Shown piece by piece: positions 1 to 7,418 of a stretch of DNA of 29,556 bases; position 1 is the stretch's first letter; every line of letters begins with the position of its first letter. The position numbers and the translations under genes are program-made. Source of the stretch: an uncultured Candidatus Saccharibacteria bacterium. GTDB taxonomy: Bacteria > Patescibacteriota > Minisyncoccia > Phycocordibacterales > XYD1-FULL-46-19. The stretch spans positions 1 to 29,556 of the forward strand of contig CAZMXZ010000001.1 of assembly GCA_964570405.1 (NCBI GenBank), written 5' to 3'. The notes below the pieces were generated by a model. That model saw only the letters and a program-made list of their open reading frames with translations. It did no database searches and was not told the origin of the DNA.

Positions 1-1
1 G

Positions 2-721
2 GCTAAAAAAGAATTTGCCATCGCCAGCTTGCGTCTAGTTGTCTCGATTGCCAAACAATATGCTAACCGGAGTGCCGCCCTAACCCTTCTCGACCTGATC
101 CAAGAAGGGAACATTGGTTTGTTTAAAGCGGTCGAAAAGTTTGACTGGCGCAAGGGTTACAAATTTTCGACCTACGCCACCTGGTGGATCCGCCAGGCGG
201 TGACGCGAGCCTTGGCCGACCAATCGCGGACTATCCGCATCCCTGTCCACATGGTGGAAACAATTGCCAAATACAAACAGGTGGTGCGGCGCCTATCGCA
301 AGACTTGGGGCGCGAACCGCTCCCCAGTGAGATTGCGACCGAGATGGGACTAGAGGTAGAGAAGATCCACTTGATCGAAAAGATTGACCAAAGTACGACC
401 TCACTCGACAAACCAACCGATGATGATGATGAGAAGTCGACCTTGGGCGAATTTATTTCTGACGAAAAGATTCTCTCACCGGAGCAGGAGGTGTCACGCC
501 GGCTGCTACGGGATCAAATTGAGGAGATCCTAGACGACTTGTCACCAAAAGAACGCAAAATTTTAGAGATGCGGCACGGCCTAAAGGATGGCGTGATGCA
601 TACCCTGGAGGAAGTTGGTCGCGAATTTGGCGTCACCCGTGAGCGGATCCGTCAAATTGAGGCCAAAGCCCACGAAAAAATCCGCCAGCACGAAAAAGCC
701 CGCCGTCTCTTGGATTACTAA
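2..721 (+). CDS. rpoD: RNA polymerase primary sigma-70 factor, 3' part (5' end lies before the window)
   Basis: Region 2 [40 protein letters not shown]; region 3 [11 protein letters not shown]; region 4 [21 protein letters not shown]. The frame is open from base 2. Confidence 0.96.
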   Translation, partial: AKKEFAIASLRLVVSIAKQYANRSAALTLLDLIQEGNIGLFKAVEKFDWRKGYKFSTYATWWIRQAVTRALADQSRTIRIPVHMVETIAKYKQVVRRLSQDLGREPLPSEIATEMGLEVEKIHLIEKIDQSTTSLDKPTDDDDEKSTLGEFISDEKILSPEQEVSRRLLRDQIEEILDDLSPKERKILEMRHGLKDGVMHTLEEVGREFGVTRERIRQIEAKAHEKIRQHEKARRLLDY

Positions 722-748
722 CAATAATTAGTGTTATAATATCGATTA

Positions 749-1096
749 ATGGCGAAGGCGATTAATCGTTGGCTAACGGCTTGGCGGAAACCAGAATTTT
801 TTTTACGACTCGGCTTGGGTGCGGTCTACGCCTACTCCAGTTGGCATCTACTCCACGGCCACAAAAGTGATTGGGCAGAGATCCAAGGTTGGATTGAAGC
901 CGTTTTAGCCATCGCTCTTCTCATCCCGTTTTGGCCGCGACGGCTGGTCAAGTGGGGGAGTCTAGTGGCGGCGATTGAACTGGTGATAGTCTTTAAAGTT
1001 GTGGGCATTACGCCCGATTCCTTCCCGCTGGTGGGCGTGATTGCGGCTGCTCTGGCCCTGTTTACCATTTATGAGCGTCATCCTCGCGGCCTATGA
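749..1096 (+). CDS. DoxX-like small multi-pass membrane protein
   Basis: 115 aa with about 4 hydrophobic segments; FLRLGLG and GWIEAVLAIALL resemble DoxX family motifs. TGTTATAAT lies 8 nt upstream. Confidence 0.55.
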   Translation: MAKAINRWLTAWRKPEFFLRLGLGAVYAYSSWHLLHGHKSDWAEIQGWIEAVLAIALLIPFWPRRLVKWGSLVAAIELVIVFKVVGITPDSFPLVGVIAAALALFTIYERHPRGL

Positions 1097-2850
1097 TCGT
1101 TGGTCTTGGTTGGTACATTGTTAGTTTTTTGCTCGGCTTGAGCTCTGGCGTCTGGCCGGACTTGTTGCCGGTGATCTTGATCGTGGTGACCATGGCGCTG
1201 GCATCAGAACGCAAGCGGGCGATGATTTTGACTGTTACTTTTGCACTGACTTTTGTTTTGACGTCAATTTTTTTGGGTCTTATCGTCGGATTAGCGGCGG
1301 CCACGCTAACGGAGTGGGGGATAATGCTTGCCTTGGTTCGCCCACTAATTTATTTAGTTGTCGGCTTGGTAACTTATTGGCTGGCCTTGGGCGAGCTGGG
1401 TCTGCTCCCGCGGCCACTCCCACCACAACTGTTGTCACTGGCCCAATTTAATCGGGCTGCTACTTGGTGGTCAGCCGCCGGTCTTGGCCTAATGCTCGCT
1501 TTGCCGGGCATTATTAGTTTTGAACCAACCTTGCTCTTGCCCCTAACGGCTGCCCTCACGGCTAGTCGGTTGACCTTGGGCGCCTTAACCATGCTATTTT
1601 ACAGTCTGGGTCGCCTCTTGCCGCTCTTTATTTTGGTGGCGGCCGCTTGGTGGGGTAAAAATCTTTTAGCCCAGTTGGCCAACTACCGCGAGCGCTGGCA
1701 AAAGACAGCCGGCTGGTTTTTGGTTTTTTTGTCGGGCTTGATTGTGGTTAGTAGTCTGGTGGCCAGTACTAATTTGTCGTTGCCGGTGGGGGCGATTAGT
1801 CTAATTGCTCTATGGCTCTGGCCGTGGTGGCATAGTGTTTGGCAAAAACGGCAACCAGTGGGGACAGTTTTATTTTGTTCTCTGACATTATTTTTATTTG
1901 CGCTCTATGTTTTACCTCAAGAAACTAATTGGTGGGGCTGGCTTGAGAGTTTTTCGCCGAGCATGACCTACCAGGAGTCAGCGGCTGTTAGGCGAGGATC
2001 GGTTGTCAACTTTAGTTATGCGCCTGATCCAATTTTAGTTGGCATCCCAACAGTTTTAATTTTTTCTCCCGCCGATGGAGCTACCGCTGCCCCCCTACCG
2101 GCCAGTGATCTGGCGGCTGGTCCGAGTGGCCAAATGCAGGCGGTGGCTATCCGTGATGATTTGAGTGAATTTTCCCACTTTGTGCCAACGCCGGATGATC
2201 GGGGATTGTTTACCAGTCAGTTTGTTTTCCCCAGTCCGGGGCGCTACAAAATTTGGTCCGAAATTAAGACTGGTCAGACGAGCAAAATTTTTGGCTTCCA
2301 ACCCGTCGAGGTGATTGGCGGAGGAGTGGTGTCGGAACCAGGTAGTGACGAGGCCGGTCCGCAAACAGTTGGTCCGTGGCAAGTCAACTTGGCCAGTCCA
2401 GCCAAGTTGGTGTCTGGAGCCCCCCTGCCACTAACAATTGACTTAACCTCTGCCTCAGCCCAACCTAATCCCACGATCGATATTTATGTGGTGGCGGCCG
2501 ACTCAGGCTATTTAGCCCACCAAACAATCAATCCGAGTGATGGTCTGGCCTGGTGGCGTGGTTTAACGGCGGCCGCTTTTGACTTACCGCTCCCGGCAGT
2601 GGTCGATCAAACTGGCACGGCCAATAAATTTTTTATTACCCTGCCGCGGCCTGGTGACTACCGAGTCTTTGTTGATTTGCTGACCAGCAGTGGTCAGCCC
2701 AGTAAAAACAAAGCGGCCGCCTTTTGGCTCAAAGTGGAACCACCCGATCCCGTTGGCAGTCTGACGGGGAGTCAAATGATTTTGGCTCTAGTTATTATTT
2801 TAGCCGCCGTTTCTCTCTTTAGTCGGTTGATCCAAATTAATCAGCGATAG
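1093..2850 (+). CDS. CcdA/DsbD-beta-like membrane domain fused to two extracytoplasmic Ig-like (YtkA-like) domains with a C-terminal TM anchor
   Basis: N-terminal ~270 aa are multi-TM with LFYSLGRLLPL, typical of CcdA. Two repeats of the FPSPGRYKIW / LPRPGDYRVF type follow. ATGA overlap with the upstream stop. Confidence 0.55.
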   Translation: MIVGLGWYIVSFLLGLSSGVWPDLLPVILIVVTMALASERKRAMILTVTFALTFVLTSIFLGLIVGLAAATLTEWGIMLALVRPLIYLVVGLVTYWLALGELGLLPRPLPPQLLSLAQFNRAATWWSAAGLGLMLALPGIISFEPTLLLPLTAALTASRLTLGALTMLFYSLGRLLPLFILVAAAWWGKNLLAQLANYRERWQKTAGWFLVFLSGLIVVSSLVASTNLSLPVGAISLIALWLWPWWHSVWQKRQPVGTVLFCSLTLFLFALYVLPQETNWWGWLESFSPSMTYQESAAVRRGSVVNFSYAPDPILVGIPTVLIFSPADGATAAPLPASDLAAGPSGQMQAVAIRDDLSEFSHFVPTPDDRGLFTSQFVFPSPGRYKIWSEIKTGQTSKIFGFQPVEVIGGGVVSEPGSDEAGPQTVGPWQVNLASPAKLVSGAPLPLTIDLTSASAQPNPTIDIYVVAADSGYLAHQTINPSDGLAWWRGLTAAAFDLPLPAVVDQTGTANKFFITLPRPGDYRVFVDLLTSSGQPSKNKAAAFWLKVEPPDPVGSLTGSQMILALVIILAAVSLFSRLIQINQR

Positions 2851-3374
2851 AGTCCAATCAGTTTGGCCACGGTCACAATGCGGCCGGCGGTGGCCGCCAT
2901 CAGGTCATTAACTTTGGTCGTGGCGGGCAAATTGAGTGTAGTATCGAGAGCATAAAGTTTAAACCAGTAATGGTGCGAGCCAGAGGGCGGGCAAGGGCCG
3001 CCATAACCAGACTGGCCAAAACTGGTCTGGCCCGCCACTGCCCCCGTGGGGACAGAGTTGGCAGCAATCTCGGTGGTAGTGGGAGGAATGTTCCAGAGTG
3101 TCCAATGAGTCCAGGTGCCGGCTGGCGCATCGGGGTCATCAACAATTAGAACCAAACTTTTAACGCCACTTGGCACACCAGAGATGGTGAGTGGGGGATT
3201 AATATTTTGGCCGTCACAAGTGTACTCGGCCGGTATTTTTTCGCCATCAGTAAAAGCGGTGCTAGTTATTTTCATATTACTCTTGGAGTTATTGTTAGGG
3301 GGCGATTTTACAAAAAATATCGCACCCAAGATTATAATAATTATTAAGCCAACTAACCAATATAATTTTTTCAT
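2841..3374 (-). CDS. YbhB/YbcL family (PEBP / Raf-kinase-inhibitor-like) protein with N-terminal TM or signal segment
   Basis: Motifs YTCDG, LIVDDPDAP, WTHW, YGGPCPPSGSHHYWFKLYALD. Confidence 0.93.
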   Translation of the reverse strand: MKKLYWLVGLIIIIILGAIFFVKSPPNNNSKSNMKITSTAFTDGEKIPAEYTCDGQNINPPLTISGVPSGVKSLVLIVDDPDAPAGTWTHWTLWNIPPTTTEIAANSVPTGAVAGQTSFGQSGYGGPCPPSGSHHYWFKLYALDTTLNLPATTKVNDLMAATAGRIVTVAKLIGLYR

Positions 3375-3378
3375 ATGA

Positions 3379-3449
3379 TGGACCTAGCGAGAATCGGACT
3401 CGCGCCTCCACAATGCGAATGTGGCGTCGTACCACTAGACTATAGGCCC
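3379..3449 (-). tRNA. tRNA-Ala(CGC), 71 nt, CCA not encoded
   Basis: Acceptor GGGCCTA/TAGGTCC with the G3:U70 Ala determinant and A73; anticodon arm CCACA-TTCGCAT-TGTGG; T arm GCGAG-TCCGATT-CTCGC. Confidence 0.92.
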
Positions 3450-3452
3450 AAT

Positions 3453-3686
3453 TTATTCTTGTTTTGGCTGACGGTTAAAAAATTTAACTAAGTAATTGGT
3501 GCCAATGATCAAAACGATCGTCAAAACGATGGCATAAATAAATTTGGCGATTATTCCGGCCTGATCAGACGGGTAGAGGGAGTCAATCAAGGCCTTGATG
3601 GCGTCATTCCAAGCCAGGCCGACCACCAAACCAAAAGCCGCCGTTAAATAACCGAGTATCTTTTCTTTAACCTCTTGGCCGAGCAT
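3453..3686 (-). CDS. DUF5654-like two-TM small protein
   Basis: AAFGLVVGLAWNDAIK motif and two hydrophobic helices. ATG at 3686 lies 8 nt after TAAAAT. Confidence 0.75.
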   Translation of the reverse strand: MLGQEVKEKILGYLTAAFGLVVGLAWNDAIKALIDSLYPSDQAGIIAKFIYAIVLTIVLIIGTNYLVKFFNRQPKQE

Positions 3687-3724
3687 CAAAAATCATTTTA
3701 CTCATTTTTAGTAACTTGGCAAAT

Positions 3725-3752
3725 AAAAAACCACCCGTTTAGGAACGGGTGG
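3725..3752 (-). terminator. Intrinsic terminator of the 3753-4241 gene
   Basis: CCACCCGTT-4 nt-AACGGGTGG perfect 9-bp stem followed by T6 on the minus strand. Confidence 0.85.
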
Positions 3753-4241
3753 TCAACCGCGCTTCTTCAAAATTTCATAAAAGTATTTGTGCCAATTCGC
3801 CGTTTGGCCGTAGAACTCGGCTTCGCCGGCGACCAGGCAAAGGTCGGCTTCAACAGTTCGACCAATTTTCCGTTCCAGGACGACTCGCGTTTTTGCCGGA
3901 TAACGCTTGATCGTGGCGCAAACAGCATCTAAGTGCTCATAACGGGAGCCTAATCTAAGCGCCACCGTTGGCACGTCGTCTTCCAGCGAGATCGGCGATT
4001 CAATGATCGCCTCGCCGATTAACTCGTAATTGGTCAAGCCATACTGCCAAAGATCAATAATGGCCAGACGGAGTTTATTTTCAGTCAGTGGCTCCGGTAG
4101 CCAATCAGCGATCCGTCGGGCAACAGCCGAATGGATCCAGACCCAGACATCATCCAGATCAGTTGGCTCTCCTTGGCGTGGCAAGTAGGGACGGTTGATT
4201 GGCCGAGACCGGCGGTTTTTCCGTCTCCGATGGCGACCCAT
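3753..4241 (-). CDS. Hypothetical protein (162 aa, Arg-rich N-terminus)
   Basis: AAGGAG SD 5 nt before ATG, own extended -10 (TGGTAACTT), terminator directly after the stop. Confidence 0.75.
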   Translation of the reverse strand: MGRHRRRKNRRSRPINRPYLPRQGEPTDLDDVWVWIHSAVARRIADWLPEPLTENKLRLAIIDLWQYGLTNYELIGEAIIESPISLEDDVPTVALRLGSRYEHLDAVCATIKRYPAKTRVVLERKIGRTVEADLCLVAGEAEFYGQTANWHKYFYEILKKRG

Positions 4242-4301
4242 GGGTTCTCCTTTCAGACCAATTTCTAACTCTAAGTTACCACCTTTTGATTTTTTGGCAA
4301 T

Positions 4302-4471
4302 TTAAATACCCCACTTGTTGCCAAAAGAGATTTTAAGGTTTAAAAATACGATCAGTATAATTATGAAGAGCGGGGTCTTGGCATAACTATACCACCAAGG
4401 GAAAATGCGGATATAAGCCGTACTTTGTGAAAAAAAGTATGTAGATGGAGTGGAACACTCAGAGTAAAAAG
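4302..4471 (-). pseudogene. 5'-truncated, frameshifted fragment homologous to the 3' third of the membrane protein at 7937-8359
   Basis: Reads LFTLSVPLHLHTFF/SQSTAYIRIFPWWYSYAKTPLFIIILIVFLNLKIS versus LFTLSVPIHAYTFFSRSTEYVRFFPLWYSYAEAPVFIIILIVFLNIKIS. One base is missing in the A7 run at 4430-4436. Confidence 0.88.
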
Positions 4472-4498
4472 AAAAAGGCCGACCCCGAAGGATAGGCC
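4466..4498 (-). terminator. Intrinsic terminator of the 4529-5146 gene
   Basis: GGCC-TATCC-TTCG-GGGTC-GGCC hairpin followed by TTTTTCTTTTT. Confidence 0.7.
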
Positions 4499-4528
4499 CG
4501 TATTGTAAAGAAGCCAAGTCACGCTGGA

Positions 4529-5146
4529 CTATCCGTAGAAGGGGCATTCCGAGAGGCTTAGCCACTCATCGTACCCACTCAATAAAACCTGGCCAATCTT
4601 ATTGAGTTCCAACTCTGGATCTTCAAGACAGGCGACCTTGACGTATTGGAGGGCTTCGCCAGAACCACCAGCCTTAGCCCAGATCCCATCATATTCCCAC
4701 AAGGGACGAACAAATGATTCGATCAACACGTCAGAGTATTTGCCCTTAATCTTGCCTCCGACTTTGTAGCCCATCATCTCTGTCGCTTCGAGTATCTCAA
4801 CTGCACCAGTCTGATGGGCTTGAAGTACAGGCTGGAAGTCCTTGAGCAATTGAAGGCAGTACTCGTCGCTACTGGCAGCGCATTTTTGCAACAGTCCAAA
4901 GTGTTGCTCCCAGTCGAGCTGGTGCTTGGCAGGATCTTTAATGGGGCAGAACTCCTCGATATAATACCCCAGCACCCTGGGATCATTTTGCCCGGGCCAG
5001 ATAAGGCGTCGGTCCTGGCAACAATGATGGTTGGTGCTAGTAAAACTGGTTAGAAATACCGCCACTCCCATTGGGAATTGGCCGGGTGCGATTTTCTTGA
5101 GGATTGTCTCGACCATTTGTTGTCTCGACTCCCACTCGGTAGCCAT
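4529..5146 (-). CDS. Hypothetical protein (205 aa, HHCC motif, 7 Cys)
   Basis: Long ORF with AAGGAG SD, upstream TTTACA-17-TATAAA promoter and downstream terminator. Confidence 0.8.
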   Translation of the reverse strand: MATEWESRQQMVETILKKIAPGQFPMGVAVFLTSFTSTNHHCCQDRRLIWPGQNDPRVLGYYIEEFCPIKDPAKHQLDWEQHFGLLQKCAASSDEYCLQLLKDFQPVLQAHQTGAVEILEATEMMGYKVGGKIKGKYSDVLIESFVRPLWEYDGIWAKAGGSGEALQYVKVACLEDPELELNKIGQVLLSGYDEWLSLSECPFYG

Positions 5147-5188
5147 GATGCTTAATCTCCTTCTTTATGATCAAATTTTCAAACCTAG

Positions 5189-5227
5189 TTCTGGTTAATT
5201 TATAGCATTTCGGATTTCTTATGTAAA
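5189..5227 (-). promoter_or_regulatory. Sigma-70 promoter of the 4529-5146 gene
   Basis: TTTACA (5227-5222), 17 bp, TG-C-TATAAA (5204-5199), then AGAA at 5192-5189. Confidence 0.7.
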
Positions 5228-5242
5228 TAGTTTGACATATCG

Positions 5243-5274
5243 AAAAGAAAAGACTCCGGAGCAAATCCAGAGCC
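5243..5274 (-). terminator. Intrinsic terminator of the 5298-5882 gene
   Basis: GGCTCTGGA-TTTGC-TCCGGAGTC (9 bp with G:U pairs) followed by TTTTCTTTT. Confidence 0.8.
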
Positions 5275-5297
5275 AAAAAGGTTTTGACCGAAGAGTT

Positions 5298-5882
5298 TTA
5301 TGTCTCGTGGGTGCCAGCAAAATGCCAGTAACCGCACCACATACAGTCAATGGGCCGGAGATCAAATACTCGATCAACGGCATCGCCGTAGAGGCAGGGC
5401 ACCCGTTCGATACCTTTGGGGTCAAGCCAGATTGTACCAAAGCCAGCAATGGGATACTTCCTTTGGATGCCCGGATGGGCCAGAGCAAAACTCGATAGCT
5501 CGTGGTTAGTGCTGGGCCGCAGATGCTTCCGCTTAAACCTAGCGTAAACCTCTGCTGGTTCAACAAACTGACCAAAGTTGATGAGTTCAATTTTGCCTCC
5601 CGGTCGCTTGATCAATTCGCACTCTCGTGAACAAGTGGAAAGGTCAAGATATTTGTTGATTTTGGTAAAGTTTCCAGCCTCGATCAGATATTCGAGCGGA
5701 AGATGGTAGAGAAAATCAACCGAAAAAATGTTGTCTTTGGGCAGATCATAATTAACGACCTGCCTAGCAAACTTTTCAACCAATGGCAGGTCAGCGGTGG
5801 TGAAAGGACGGCAAAGGTCATTGGTATGACCACCCCACCGCCTCACTTCCGCCTCTAACCTAGTTAAGAGACTAGTACCCAT
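5298..5882 (-). CDS. Hypothetical protein with a possible C-type-lectin-fold C-terminus
   Basis: 194 aa; RPST-x2-EL-x2-FA-x2-HP-x2-QRKYPI and RVPCL...W...F pattern; AAGGAGG SD; own terminator. The fold call is recognition only. Confidence 0.75.
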   Translation of the reverse strand: MGTSLLTRLEAEVRRWGGHTNDLCRPFTTADLPLVEKFARQVVNYDLPKDNIFSVDFLYHLPLEYLIEAGNFTKINKYLDLSTCSRECELIKRPGGKIELINFGQFVEPAEVYARFKRKHLRPSTNHELSSFALAHPGIQRKYPIAGFGTIWLDPKGIERVPCLYGDAVDRVFDLRPIDCMWCGYWHFAGTHET

Positions 5883-5941
5883 GACTAAACTACCCTCCTT
5901 TAAAGATCTTGTGCTGGCTCAAGCTCTAGCACACTATGTCC

Positions 5942-5988
5942 AAAAAGAAAAGGCCTTACGGTATGAGTAGTGTACTCTTCCATGAGGC
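5942..5988 (-). terminator. Long interrupted hairpin terminator of the 5989-6264 gene
   Basis: GCCTCATGG..GAGTA-CAC-TACTC..CCGTAAGGC immediately after the TAA, followed by CTTTTCTTTTT. Confidence 0.65.
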
Positions 5989-6264
5989 TTAATAAATAAT
6001 TGCGGGGATCAAAACTTTCCAGACTGTAATGCTTGCCATTATGGCCGGCACCACCACTCCGAAAAATGCTATAAACTTTTTAAGTCCATGACTCTGTGAG
6101 AAAGCTTTAGTCCAAACCACAAAGACAAAGATATTGACACAAAGTTGTAGGCATCCTGCCAGTACGCTAGATCCCGAAAAAAAATTTGTGAAATTCGCAA
6201 TCAAGAAAAAGGACGGACCAATCAATCCTGAGATAGTCATCCATTTTGAGTTTTTATCTATCAA
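5989..6264 (-). CDS. Small three-TM hypothetical membrane protein
   Basis: 91 aa, mostly hydrophobic; promoter TTGACT-17-TATTCT at 6345-6317. The start codon (TTG 6264 or a downstream ATG) is uncertain. Confidence 0.7.
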   Translation of the reverse strand: MIDKNSKWMTISGLIGPSFFLIANFTNFFSGSSVLAGCLQLCVNIFVFVVWTKAFSQSHGLKKFIAFFGVVVPAIMASITVWKVLIPAIIY

Positions 6265-6388
6265 CCTGGCCTCTCTTTCAAGAAAATTAGAGTGGGCGAC
6301 AGAGTTTCTACTTTAGAGAATAACACCGTAGTTATAAAAAGTCAACCCTGGCTCCTTTTGGTACGGGATGTCGGAGCTTTTTGTAGGT

Positions 6389-6423
6389 AAAAAGAAAAAC
6401 CGCTCGTCAAGAACAACAAGCGG
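6389..6423 (-). terminator. Intrinsic terminator of the LysE gene
   Basis: CCGCTTGT...ACGAGCGG stem followed by TTTTTCTTTTT. Confidence 0.75.
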
Positions 6424-6459
6424 ACTCACCAGTCAAGAAGATTCCTGGTTCACCTGAAA

Positions 6460-7095
6460 TCACTTTCTGTAAAGAGCGAGCCTGATGCCAAGAGCGATGA
6501 GTATGGCGCCGGTCACTCGCTCAAACCAGACCGAGACTTGCTCAAAGATCCTCTTCACTCTCTCGACAGACAGAACAGTGGCCAGGAGTGAAAACCAAGC
6601 AACAGCGATGAGCATGATTTCCAAGCCATAGGCACAGCGCAAGACTAGAGAGCTATTAGGAGCAACCACTACACTGAACAGACTGACAAAGAACAGCGCG
6701 CACTTTGGGTTGAGCAGGTTAGTAAGAAGACCTGTTCGAAAAGCCCTAGCCGGAGTCATAGTTACAACACTCCTGCCTACTAATCCAACAGTTTTTGTTT
6801 CAGAAGTAGATCCTCTCTTCGAATGAAATGATCGTATACCAAGATAGACTAGATATAGCGCCCCAAGCCACTTGATAACATTGAAGAGAGCTATGGTCTT
6901 CGAGATGATATACGAAATGCCGAGAACTGAAGCTGCGACCCACCAGATAATCCCAACGGCAATACCAAGGGCTGTTGCGAGCCCAACTCGTTTTGAGTAG
7001 AGCAAGCTGTTACGAGTAACAATGAGAAAATCTGGTCCGGGACTTACAACAGCGAGAGTACCAACAACCGTCACAGCGAGAAAGGTGGTATTCAT
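6460..7095 (-). CDS. LysE/RhtB family amino-acid exporter
   Basis: VSPGPDFLIV, GLATALGI, GALYLVYLG, FRTGLLTNLLNPK, ERVTGAILIALGIRL. Confidence 0.95.
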   Translation of the reverse strand: MNTTFLAVTVVGTLAVVSPGPDFLIVTRNSLLYSKRVGLATALGIAVGIIWWVAASVLGISYIISKTIALFNVIKWLGALYLVYLGIRSFHSKRGSTSETKTVGLVGRSVVTMTPARAFRTGLLTNLLNPKCALFFVSLFSVVVAPNSSLVLRCAYGLEIMLIAVAWFSLLATVLSVERVKRIFEQVSVWFERVTGAILIALGIRLALYRK

Positions 7096-7149
7096 GCAAA
7101 ATCTCCTTGTAAAAATACTGAGTTCTAGTCAATTTATAGCACGTTTTAT

Positions 7150-7182
7150 AAAAAAGAAAAAGGGCGTCCCACTTAGGTACGC
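7150..7182 (-). terminator. Intrinsic terminator of the 7203-7418 gene
   Basis: GGCGTACC-TAAGT-GGGACGCC stem followed by CTTTTCTTTTTT. Confidence 0.75.
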
Positions 7183-7202
7183 CTATAAAACTTAGTCTGA
7201 AG

Positions 7203-7418
7203 TCAATATTCTTCTTCCTCGCTGAACCGGTCCTGACCGTGATCCCAAGTACCAAGGTCCATTCCTGAGGGTTCCTCTCCACGATCATCGGCCTGGCAGT
7301 AATTGCATGTTGCTAACCTGGCTTGATCAGGCGGTACTAGAGCCATCCCAAAAAAGTTATGACCACAGCCTCCACAGTATGGATGGATCCAGTCAGGAGG
7401 TGGTGCAGTTTCTGGCAT
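7203..7418 (-). CDS. Small acidic zinc-ribbon-like protein (2 x CxxC)
   Basis: 71 aa with CGGC and CNYC; GGAGG SD 9 nt upstream; terminator downstream. Confidence 0.65.
   Translation of the reverse strand: MPETAPPPDWIHPYCGGCGHNFFGMALVPPDQARLATCNYCQADDRGEEPSGMDLGTWDHGQDRFSEEEEY

Noticed and set aside
4472-4565. N-terminus of the 87-aa track ORF 4302-4565
   Set aside because: It runs through a terminator and the previous gene's end; only the 3' part is a real gene remnant.
4529-5146. HHCC motif as a retroviral-integrase-type zinc finger
   Set aside because: The residues are contiguous rather than spaced, and no DDE core is recognisable.
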